A stretch of DNA of 64,000 nucleotides from Felis catus (lineage: Eukaryota): positions 213,344,001 through 213,408,000 of the forward strand of contig NC_058368.1 in assembly GCF_018350175.1 (NCBI RefSeq), read 5' to 3'. Below are positions 38,232 to 48,574 of this stretch, in pieces (within the stretch, counting starts at the first letter, position 1; each line of letters starts with the position of its first letter). The notes beneath the pieces are model-generated. The model was not told the origin of the DNA. It searched no databases and saw only the letters and a program-made list of their open reading frames with translations. A program made the position numbers and the translations under genes.

Positions 38232-38252
38232 GCCGCCGCCGCCGCCGCCGCC
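38232..38252 (+). repeat. (GCC)7 trinucleotide repeat in the probable 5' UTR, followed by degenerate ACC/TCC units
   Basis: Read directly from the sequence. Confidence 0.9.
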
Positions 38253-38373
38253 ACCACCTCCGCCTCCACCTAGGATCTCGGGCTGCCTTGGGGCCTGCGG
38301 ACGCCGGAAGGAAGAGCCCCTCTCTAGGTCCGCCGACGCCCGGCCCGCCCGTTTCTCCCCGGCCCGTCTCCCC

Positions 38374-38427
38374 ATGACTGCCCCCGGCACAGCTGTCGAC
38401 GGACGTCGCCCCAGCGCCGGGATTTAA
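38374..38427 (+). other. Candidate upstream ORF, 17 aa (MTAPGTAVDGRRPSAGI*)
   Basis: ATG 38374 and TAA 38425-27 lie between the core promoter motifs and the GOLPH3 ATG. Weak Kozak context (CCCATGA). Confidence 0.5.
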
Positions 38428-38523
38428 CACGGAAGCCCGGGTCGGGGGCCGCGGGGGAAGGAGGAGGGAGACCCGGTAGGTCCCGCGTCCCTCTCGGCCC
38501 AGCACGGCGTCTCGGCGGGAGCC

Positions 38524-38748
38524 ATGACCTCGCTGACCCAGCGCAGCTCCGGCCTGGTGCAGCGGCGCACGGAGGCCTCCCGCAACGCCGCCGACAAGGA
38601 GCGGGTGGCGGGCGGCGGCGGCGGCAGCGGCGAGGACGACGCGCAGAGCCGCCGCGACGAGCAGGACGACGACGACAAGGGCGACTCCAAGGAAACGCGG
38701 CTGACCCTGATGGAGGAGGTGCTCCTGCTGGGCCTCAAGGACCGAGAG
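38524..38748 (+). CDS. GOLPH3: Golgi phosphoprotein 3, coding part of exon 1 (codons 1-75; phase-0 donor GAG|GTGCGG). The gene continues beyond the window.
   Basis: Translation MTSLTQRSSGLVQRRTEASRNAADKER...DDDDKGDSKETRLTLMEEVLLLGLKDRE matches the known mammalian GOLPH3 N-terminus. The start context is GCCATGA. Similarity stops exactly at GT 38749-50, and the expected next residues (GYTSFWND) were not seen downstream. Confidence 0.97.
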
Positions 38749-40080
38749 GTGCGGGCGCGGCGGGCAGGGCGGGGGCGGCCGGAGGCTGGCGGCCGGCGCG
38801 GGGCCCGGGCACAGGGGGAGCCCGGCCTCCGGCTCCGCGCGTCTGCCCTCCGAGTTCCTGAGCTGAGCGCCCAGCTGGCCCGGTGCTTCCAGATCCTCCC
38901 CGCACAGATTGCTTGGATTTTCCCTTCCTCCTTACACAATCACTCCTTTGGTTTTGACTCCTTGGCGGTCTGTATGTCTTCCTCCCTTTTTCCGCCTTTT
39001 TAACCCGTGTAGACCCCAGGGTACAGCCCCACCTGGAGACTGCACGTTAGAGTGAAACACCTGGAACCACCAGCGCCCCGAACTCTCATGGGTTTTGCAG
39101 GTTTTAGGACCTGGGAGGGCTCCACGGATCTGCTTTTTGGGAGATTAAAAAACAAAACAAAACTTAAGGTGTACTGTTTGGAATTTTGAAAAATTTCGGT
39201 GAAATGGTAATGGAGGCAAAAGTTGTTTTACATCCAATAAAGTTAAAAGTCCAACAAAATTCTCATGACACCTTCTGGAAAATGACTTCCTAGGTAACCT
39301 TGCTTTGGGTAAGAGATTACTTTTAGTATCATTTTTATATTTTATCAGTTGACTAGTCTGCAAGAAAGTCTTGCTATCTTAAGGAAGGGCTTTTTCGTGG
39401 TGTGCTGGAAGGTTAGGTTTGTGATTCAAGGCCTTAGGTGGGTTAAAGTTGCTGTGGATATATTTGTGTGTTGTGATTTTGAAAGATTATTTTCACCTCC
39501 TGTATACTCCCCTCCTAGGTTCTATCATTAACATTTTCCTAGATTTGCTTCATCACATATCCATTTATCTACAAAAAAACCATTTTTGGAGACCAGCCGG
39601 TCAGCCAGATGAATGGATATTCCATAAATCACGTATGGTGAGGTGGTTTCAGAAGCTTGTTTGATCTCAGCGTGGAAACTACAAACAGCACATTTTGAGA
39701 GTCAGATACAGAAATATCCAAGTTTTGTTTTGATTTTTAATAAAGTGTTCCCTAGTCACAAAGGTGGGCAAAAAATCCTTATAAAACAATTTGGTCTTAG
39801 TTCACTGAAACTTACCAGGTATTTTATATTTTGTATACCAGAGTTTTATATGGATTGTGACCTCCTAATATTTAGTTTTTTAATGAATTAAAGTTTACTT
39901 CTATAGAGATGTCTAGAGTATTTGCTATACCTTGGTTTCCCATTTTTAGGTTTTAATAAGGATCACTTGAAAAAAGGTTCCCCTGGGTGTGAAAGGGACT
40001 CAGTATGTTTATTAATTACTGAGTTATAATGGAAACAGACCGATGTGAAATTCTTTTTTGTTCTTTGGAAGAACAAGCTA

Positions 40081-40469
40081 CAGGTCTTCCTCAATTTATG
40101 ATGGGGTTATGTTCTGATAACCTCATCGTAAATTGAATATTGAAAATGCATTTAATACACCTGACCTACCAAACATCGTCGCCTAGCCTACCTTCATCGT
40201 GCTCAGGACACTTACGTTAGCCTATAGTTGAGCAGACTCACCTGTCACAAAGCGTTTTTACAATGTGTTGAATATCTCGTGTAATTTGTTGGATGCTGTA
40301 CTGGGAGTGAAAAACAATGGTTTTAAGTGCATCAGGTGTTTACCCTTGTCATGTGTCTGTGCCTAGCAAATCGTATGTGTATGCATATTGTTAGCCCAGG
40401 AAAAGATCAAAATTCGAAGTATTTTTGTGCAGTCATAAAGTTGAAAATTGTTAAGTTGGGGATGGTCTG
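40081..40469 (+). mobile_element. MER47/Tigger5-like non-autonomous DNA transposon
   Basis: TA|CAGGTCTTCCTCAATTTATGATGGGGTTA ... TAAGTTGGGGATGGTCTG|TA, with TA target duplication and imperfect TIRs. Confidence 0.85.
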
Positions 40470-42564
40470 TAGATGCACAGTGTTCTAGAACTGTGATTTT
40501 AGAAAGTATTCAACTTGCCTTTTTAGGCTGCACAATTTAGAATTTTGGTAGTAAACATTTTTCTTTGTCTTTTTCCTTTAGAATAAAGTAATGTTTTAGA
40601 AAATACAAAAAAAAAAAAAAAAAAAGAAGGAAACAAGTCCTCCATATTCCTGAGTGAACATTCTGGTTTATGTCGTTTGTGATAGTTTTCTGTATGGCTG
40701 TGTCCTGTGCATAAAACTAAAACTTAAAAAAACCAAAAACCAAAACCCCAACTAAAACCAAAACTAGCTTTTGGATTTGAGTCACTCCCAAGTGAGAGCT
40801 TATGGTGAAAAAGTACCTTTTTCCCCCAAAGTATGTGTTACTGAAAAAGTTTAAGCTAAAGCACATTGATTGGCTTTTTTTTGGTGCTTGGTTGTCATGA
40901 AGATAATTTAAAGAATTTGTTGAAGCTTAATGGTACTTAAAAAATGTAGACAATTTAAATTTCTTTGGTGGCAGGTAATTGAAACCATATGTTGTGCTTA
41001 TGTCAGGAGACACTGTACCTTGCCATGTCATGGCTAAGGTCCAGACTCAGCTAATTCTGAGCATTTCTTGCTGATTTCAGCAATTACCTAGAGAAATTTT
41101 TTTATTTTCCCCTTTTGCAGGCAAGCCCAGGGAGTAGAAGTAGAGGTGAGTGGGTTTGGGATTTGGCATTGCTTTAGATATAGGTTTTAGGGATTAATCT
41201 GTGTAACTTCTCTTTTACATCTTTACAGTACTAATAATGGACCTGTCACCTCCTCCATTCATAAGTTTGGGAGATTTTCCCCTCATGTCTTCAACTTGTA
41301 TCAGTCTTTAAAGTGGGGGCAGGAATTACTCTTACCTAGAGCCTAGGCATTTATGCTTGTTAATACTAGATTTTGATATTAACAAGTTTCAAGCTTTAGG
41401 CATAATATATAGCTTAATAAATTTACTGCTTTAGCTTAGTATCCATCTTTGTTACGTTTGGGTACTTGTGAGATATGAAAACCTACATTTTAAGGTCCTT
41501 AACGATAGATAACATTATATATGCACGTGTGTGAACTATTGTATTTGAATTCCAAATAATTGAGAAAAAATGTAAAGAAATTGTAAGATGGTGAAATTAG
41601 CCTTACTTAGGCTTTTAAAACAGACATTATGGCTTTTTAAAAATATTTTTGTTCAATAAGAAGTATACAGGAAAGTGTGCTGAAGTGTGGTAAATTTTCA
41701 CAAACTGAACATAGCTGTTAAACCAGCACCCAGATCAAGAAACAGAACATGACCACTCTCCAGAAGCCCCACTTGATGCCTTTCCAGTAATTGCTTAGTC
41801 CTTAAGGGTAGCAACTAGCTTGACTTTGGAATTCAGCATAGAGTAATTTTGTCCATTTTTGTACTTCCGTTTGCAGCTTTTGTTTTGCATTGTGACATTT
41901 ATCTGTATTGTGTGAGGTTGTCATTTGTTCATTTTCTTTGAATTTTCAACTTCTAACACATTTGTAATTTACAGTATTTAAACAGTTACATTGACTTACA
42001 TCCTGTATCTAGTGTTCCTCCTAGGAGTCCTCCCTTTATTGAACAGAAGGCTCAGCTTGCCAATAAGCAGATGGTCTGGCCTTGGTTTACCTATCAGGAG
42101 TGACTCTGAAGTCATTGTGAGGGATTTTTTTTCCTTTTTTTAAATTTAGGTATGCGTTTTACACTTTTTACCAATGATTTTCCTTTGTGGCTCTTCCATG
42201 AAGCTGCTTGGGCCCTCTGGGGATTGCGGTGCTCAGTCTGGATGGAGCATCAGTGATTTATTTATTGAAATAAATCTTCAGAGACTGCAGTAAGAATGGC
42301 AGATAGGTTGAAACTTGAACTCAGCTTCCAAATTCGCAAGATTTTCTATAATCTTCTCCTTTGAGGGGGAAGGGCAGTAAATGAGCCAGATACTTTCCTT
42401 TCCCCGACTATTTGGTTTTTCCACTGATGCCTCCAAGAGTCAGTTTTCAGAACGTCTCAATTACCTCAAATACTTGGTATCGTTTATTTTTTTGCATTTT
42501 ATTTCTTCTCTCAGGACATCATTGTATTTATTTACTTATATTTATCAAAAAAATTTAATTCAAG

Positions 42565-42845
42565 TATAGTTGTATTAGTTTCAGGTGTAACAGTGATTTG
42601 ACAATTCTGAACATTTCAAAATACTCACTTTGGTAAGTATGGTCACCATCTGTCAACATACAAAATTATTACCATATTTTTGACCAATTCTTATCCTGTA
42701 TTTTCTATTCCCTTGACTTATTTTATAACTGGAAGCTTGTAATTCTAAGTCTCTTCCCCCTATTTCACCCATCCCTCTATCGTCTGCCCCCTGGCAACCA
42801 CCATTTTGTTCTCTGTGTTTATGAGTGTTTCTGTTGTTTGTTTTG
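42565..42845 (-). mobile_element. Carnivore L1 3' end fragment
   Basis: GTATTAGTTTCAGGTGTA..., GTCACCATCTGTCA, TTTATAACTGGAAG, GGCAACCACCA. Confidence 0.8.
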
Positions 42846-43296
42846 TTGTCAGATACTTTTTTAAGTTTATTTATTTTGAGAGAGAGGAAGAGAGAGCATG
42901 ACAGAGGGAGGGAGAGAGAATCCCAAGCAGGCTCCATGCTGTCGGCACAGAGCCCTTAGGACTTGATCCCAGGAACCACGAAATCATGACCTGAGCCAAA
43001 ATCAAGAGTTGGATGCTTAACCGACTGAGCCACCCAGGAACCCCTATTGTCAGATACCTTTTTAAAAAAAAAATTTTTTTTTTAATGTTTGTTTATTTTT
43101 GAGAGAGAGAGAGTGTGAACTGGGGAGGGGCAGAGAGAGAGGGAGACATAATCTGAAGCTGCTCCAGGCTCTGAGTTGTCTGTCCACACAGAGCCTGATG
43201 TGGGGCTTGAACTCACAAACCATGAGATCATGACCTGAGCTGAAGTTGGACACTTAAATGACTGAGCCACCCAGGTGCCCCTTGTCAGATACTTTT
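42846..43296 (-). mobile_element. Two tandem Can-SINEs sharing one target site
   Basis: TTGTCAGATAC(T/C)TTT at 42846, 43047 and 43282. Confidence 0.9.
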
Positions 43297-43881
43297 AAAT
43301 ATTTTTGTTTGTGGCAGATCTTAGTGCTTTGAGGTTGGATGTAACTATTTTAAATGGCCAGGTGTAATTTAGAGTGTGTCTGTGGAATAGAAGTGGAAAG
43401 AGGTATTGTAGTTCTTCTCTGAGACATATCTTTTGTTTTACATATATTATTTAAGCCCTTGGGCCTCAAAATTCTCCTTTAAAATGGAGAGAGAAATAAT
43501 TCTCTTTCATGGTTCTGATTGGGCTGTTTTGGAGGTTTATTCTTTTACTCTCCACCATGCTGAATCCTGTCTATCTGTCCCCCCCCCCCCCATCCTTTTA
43601 TTGGGGTTCCAGCATTGTGCGTAGCCCCTGGAGGCCCTGTTGAAGCATTTGCCCTCCCCTTTTGTGATGCAGTCACACTGCCTTATCCAGTCAGGTATTT
43701 TCTTCCAGGGCTTTGGATCTTGAGAGTGAAACAGGCTGTGGTATTTTGGAGACCTGTCAAGGTTAGTGCCAGTGTGTGGATCAGAATGTTTTCTGACATG
43801 GTTCTTTGAGCTTCTTTCTCCCTAACCCATTGGTACTGTCTTTTCTCTCCTGGTTTTTAAGACACTTTTCCCCTAGTGGTA

Positions 43882-46493
43882 TTTTTTTTTTTTTTTTAAG
43901 TTTATTTATTTATTTTGAGAGGGAGAGAGAGAATTGCAAGCAGGCTTCATGCTCAGCACAGGGCCCAACATGGGGCTCAATCCCATGAACTGAGATCATG
44001 ACCTGAGCTGAAATCAGGAGTCTGACACTTAACCAACTGGGCCACTCAGACACCCTTGTTTGTTTTTGTTTGTTTGTTTGTTTTTAAAAGTAAACTCTAC
44101 CCTCAGCGTGGGGCTTGAACTCACATCCCCAAGATCAAGAGTTACCTGCTCTACCCATTGAGCCAGCCAGGTGCTTTCAATTTTGTAATTTTAAAGATCC
44201 TTTCATGAAAGTCCTTATTAAGGGGGGCTTGGCTGCCATGTGCTAAGATTTTAGTAACTTAGTGTATACTAAAGGCTTCTGAGCTTTGGAATTTTGTGAT
44301 TCCTTTAGTAATAATATTCTTTTCATATTTTCAAAAGATTGAATCTTCATTTATTTTTTTCAGGTGTATTTAAGAGTAGGTACACAGTGAAAGACACATA
44401 GGATCTCAAAAATTAGTTTTTGGAGTTCATCGAACCATTTTTACCTTTTAAACAAGAGTTTATACTGAAATCATTTTCAGTGCTTTGGGGTTCTTTCACA
44501 GTGTGGCCAATATATTCACTGATATTACAAGCCATACTAATAATTTGATATATCTTAATTTTAACCATCTGACTGTCCCTGTGTGGATCATTTGAGATTA
44601 TGTTTTAGAATTATACTTTGAAATCATTTTGATCAAAGTTTGACACATTTGATATTTAAAGAAGTAAACTGTTACAGTGTCAGCTTATGTGTAAGTCTCA
44701 AAAACCTAAATCATGCTTTTCCTGTTATGTCATGTTACATTTTTGGCCCAACACTCCTCTGTGTCCAAGCAAACTTTCCCTACTTTCTATCAGCATAATT
44801 TTTCTGCTGTTAATCAGAGTAAATGGTATCATTCCAAGTTGCTGTAGTCTGTCTTTAGGTCATTCTGTTTTCATGTGAGTCTCCTTTTAAAGCAACACAA
44901 AGATTGTGCTTGTCCTGTGTTTCTTCCATTTAATAAGCATAGTGACAAGTGCCAAAGTGGGCCATCTGGTTTCATTTTGAAATTGATATCTGTGGCTTTA
45001 GGTTTCTCTAATCAAATCTTGAAAGATTGCTACCTGTTTCAGCAGCATGTACAGTATTATAATGCAGTCTAGCAAATATTGAGGTTTTAGGTATTATGGG
45101 AACATATAGAAAATAGTCTGCTTTCAGGCACCTGGGTGAAGCTACCATGAGATCATGACCTGAGCTGACATAATGAGTCAGATGCTTCATGGACTGAGCC
45201 ACCCAGGCTCCCCTCTAGAATTTTTTGATAGTGAATATCTTGCCTGGCATATACTACCACTTAAGTATTTATTAAATAAATCATGTTTTTTTGATGAGGG
45301 TAATGTCCTCTCTAAGGGAGTGAAAATTGTTTCTGGGGCTGGTGGTGAAAAGTCCTTACTCTTTTTATGTATAAGCATAAATGTACATCTGTCCTGTAAA
45401 CAGGTGGTGTATCCATCTTAGATTTTTTTTTTTTTTTTTTTAGTATTTGAGAGAGAGGCTCAAAAGCAGGAGAGGGGCAGAGGGGGGAGGGGAGAGAGAG
45501 AGCGAAAATCCCAAGCAGGCTCCTTGCTGTCAGTGCAGAGCCTGACTTGGGGCTTGATCTCACGAGCTGTGAGATCATGACCCGAGCTGAAATCAAGAGT
45601 CAGATGCTTAACTGACAGAGCCACCCAGGCGCCCCCATTTTATTAAATTTAATGGGGCGAGGGTAGTTAGGGAAAAATAAGTCTGAAAAAGCTTCTTTAG
45701 GGAGCAATAATGAAAAAAAAGTTGAGAAACACTGAAATGAGTCAATATTGAAAATACTAAATTTGTGCCCTTTACTGAGGTTTAGAAACCTTTTTCTCTG
45801 ATTGGAATTAAAAAAAATTTTTTTTTAACATTTATATATTTTTGAGAGAGAGACAGAGCGTGAGCAGGGGAGGGCAGAGAGAGAGAGAGAGGGAGACACA
45901 GAACCCGAAGCAGGCTCCAGGCTTCGAAACTGTCAGCACAGAGCCCAATGCAGGGCTCGAACTTGCAAACTGCCAAGATCATGACCTGAGCCGAAGTCAG
46001 GCATCCAACCGACTGAGCCACCCAGGCGCCCCTGGAATTTTTATTGTAATAGATTTTGGCTTCTAGTTCAGTAGTGGGAGGAACAGTTTTAACATACCAA
46101 ACTGTCAGAGGTTGTGAGTAAAATTTTAAGATCAAAGTTATTCTTGTTGGTTGATGATGTGTAGGTAAAGTTTTGTGTTCTCCCAGTATTGTCTGGGAAG
46201 GGCTGGAAATTAAAGGACTGCATATAAATTGCTGATGGTTATTTTTACTCTGGTTTTATTTTCAATTTTTTTTTTTAAATTTTTGTTTTTTTTTAACGTT
46301 TATTTATTTTTGAGACAGAGAGACAGAGCATGAACGGGGGAGGGTCAGAGAGAGGGAGACACAGAATCTGAAACAGGCTCCAGGCTCTGAGCTGTCAGCA
46401 CAGAGCCTGACGCGGGGCTCCAACTCACGTACTGCGAGATCATGACCTGAGCCGAAGTCGGCCGCTTAACCGACTGAGCCACCCAGGCGCCCC
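43882..46493 (-). mobile_element. Cluster of minus-strand Can-SINEs (~43882-44055, 44058-44175, 45143-45213, 45423-45636, 45808-46032, 46265-46493)
   Basis: Consensus heads and bodies read directly. Confidence 0.9.
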
Positions 46494-47612
46494 TCAATTT
46501 TGTTTTTTTAAACACTACTGTTAAAGTTTTATGCTATGTTAACAAAATAAGCTCAAAATAACATAGAATTGAACTTTAAAAAAAACTGAACTTTCAATTC
46601 ATGCACTGAATTGAGCTTGTCACATTTAATTTTTGGATCTATATTATCTAAAATGGAATCTGGTTTAGTGTCCATATGTTTAGTTCAGTCCAATTATTGA
46701 ACACGTTCTGTATGTCCATCTCTTTCCTTCGTGGTTGGGTTTCAAAGAAAAATTTCTTACCCTCAAGAAGCATCCAGTCTGTGTAGAAGACATGTGCAAA
46801 TGATTTCAATAAAAGAGATTGCAGACTTCAATGGTAGTACATGTTAAGTGTAGTATGGACATACTGGGGATGCCTTGGATCAGCAGCTGAAAGACTGTGC
46901 CATGCTCTAGACTCCCAGCCTTGCCTTTGAGTAGTTAGAAAAACTAGGATAAATGATTTGAATTCTTAGAACCTCAGTTTTTCCCTGGGCAAAATGGGCC
47001 TACATTTGTGGGCTGTCCCATAATCTCTAGATTGTAGGGCTCCAGTGAACTGGCATATATGCAGGGTCTTTGAAAACTGCAAAGTGCTGAACAAATGAGT
47101 AATGGCCTAGCCTCGAGAAGTGAGTTACAGTTTATAGTGGTACTGATAAGTATTTAATATTTTCACAATTTTTGTTTCTTGGCCCTCTTATACTTTATCT
47201 ACTGGGCTTAGTAGAACATTCCTCTTCTAATCCCGGTGGTCACCATTTCTTCCCACTTTCCATAGTCCTACCCCCTGTTTTTGATACCCTCTCCCCTTTA
47301 GGAGGCAGGGGGTCCTTTCTACCTGAGTTCAAGGCCAGGATCTTCTCTTAGGGTGTTAGGGCTAGGTCCTCTGGAGAAGGCATTGGCACACAATCCTTTC
47401 TTTTTTTTTATCTTACTTCATTGAAAATTTTTTTCCTATTTTCTTCCTGTCTTAATGTACTGTTCGCTTTGTCCTCACTATAGGTTCTTTGGCTGCCAAG
47501 CCAGAGCCCTGTGGGGTTTGAGAGTGGGGAAAGGTGGGAACGCCAATTTCCAAAGTTGCACTAAATTATGAAATTGTACTTTGTGCAAGTCTTTTTGTTA
47601 AATGAGCCTAGG

Positions 47613-47829
47613 GGGGCGCCTGGGTGGCTCAGTCGGTTAAGCAGCCGACTTCGGCTCGGGTTACAATCTCGCGTTCCATGAGTTCGAGCCCCGCATCGGG
47701 CTCTGTGCTGACGGCTCGGAGCCTGGAGCCTGTTTCAGATTCTGTGTCTCCCTCTCTCTCTGACCCTCCCCCATTCATGCTCTGTCTCTCTCTGTCTCAA
47801 AAATAAATAAACGTTTAAAAATAAATAAA
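47613..47829 (+). mobile_element. SINEC_Fc
   Basis: TSD TAAATGAGCCTAGG (47599-47612 and 47830-43). Confidence 0.95.
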
Positions 47830-48574
47830 TAAATGAGCCTAGGAATAAAAGTAGCAAGGAAAGTCCTAGTCTTCACAAGTTTATATAGTCTAGTGGTGGA
47901 GAGGCAGGACATGGTAGAATTCAAATAACGGTGTAAATTAGCACTATCCTAAGTGCCACTTGGATAGTGGATACCATACATTTTTCATTCAGAGGAAGTA
48001 GCAAATAGGTTGAGGCTGGCCAGGAGGGTCAGGAGCAGAGGGAAGTTGAGCTGGGCATTATTCCCCTTACAGAGGAGTCGGCATTCCATTCTAGGAGAGG
48101 AGGGGGAGCTGGGGCTTATAACAGAATCTCCCAGGGGATTCTGTCCACAGAGTCGGTTGAAGCTGACTGGAAATTGGTTTTGGGGTTAACTTTCATTTGA
48201 TTGTCACAAATAATCTTTTAAGATGGCATCTCAGCCAGTCCCGCCCCATGCATCTATAAAATTTTAAGTTAGAAAATTGTTTTAATATACATTTTAATTT
48301 TCTTAAAATATTTGCAGTGTTTAGAAATTATTGCCTATAAATGTGAACTTAAAGTAATCTGCCCATCCATCATCTCCCGTTCTCAAATAATTGAGATCTT
48401 TTATTGAGGATCTTTTATGATCTGGGCAGGGTCCTGACTGCTGGACTAGAAACATTAAGATGGCTCTAGTCCACCTACTGCTGGACTAGAAACATTAAGA
48501 TAGTCTCCATAGTCTTAATTGTGACTGGTAGGCCTCAAAGAGTAAAAGGAAAGCTGTAGGTTCTTTATTCTTAA

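Larger units (their letters stand above)
37690..38900. promoter_or_regulatory. CpG island covering the GOLPH3 promoter, 5' UTR and exon 1
   Basis: Sharp rise in GC and CpG content against a CpG-depleted background; overlaps the first coding exon. Confidence 0.93.

Noticed and set aside
37681..38939. Multiple overlapping Pro/Gly/Arg-rich ORFs on both strands
   Set aside because: Expected from stop-codon scarcity in a GC-rich CpG island; no recognisable protein family.
38524..39003. 159-aa ORF as a complete protein
   Set aside because: GOLPH3 similarity ends at the GT donor (38749); the remainder is intron read-through.
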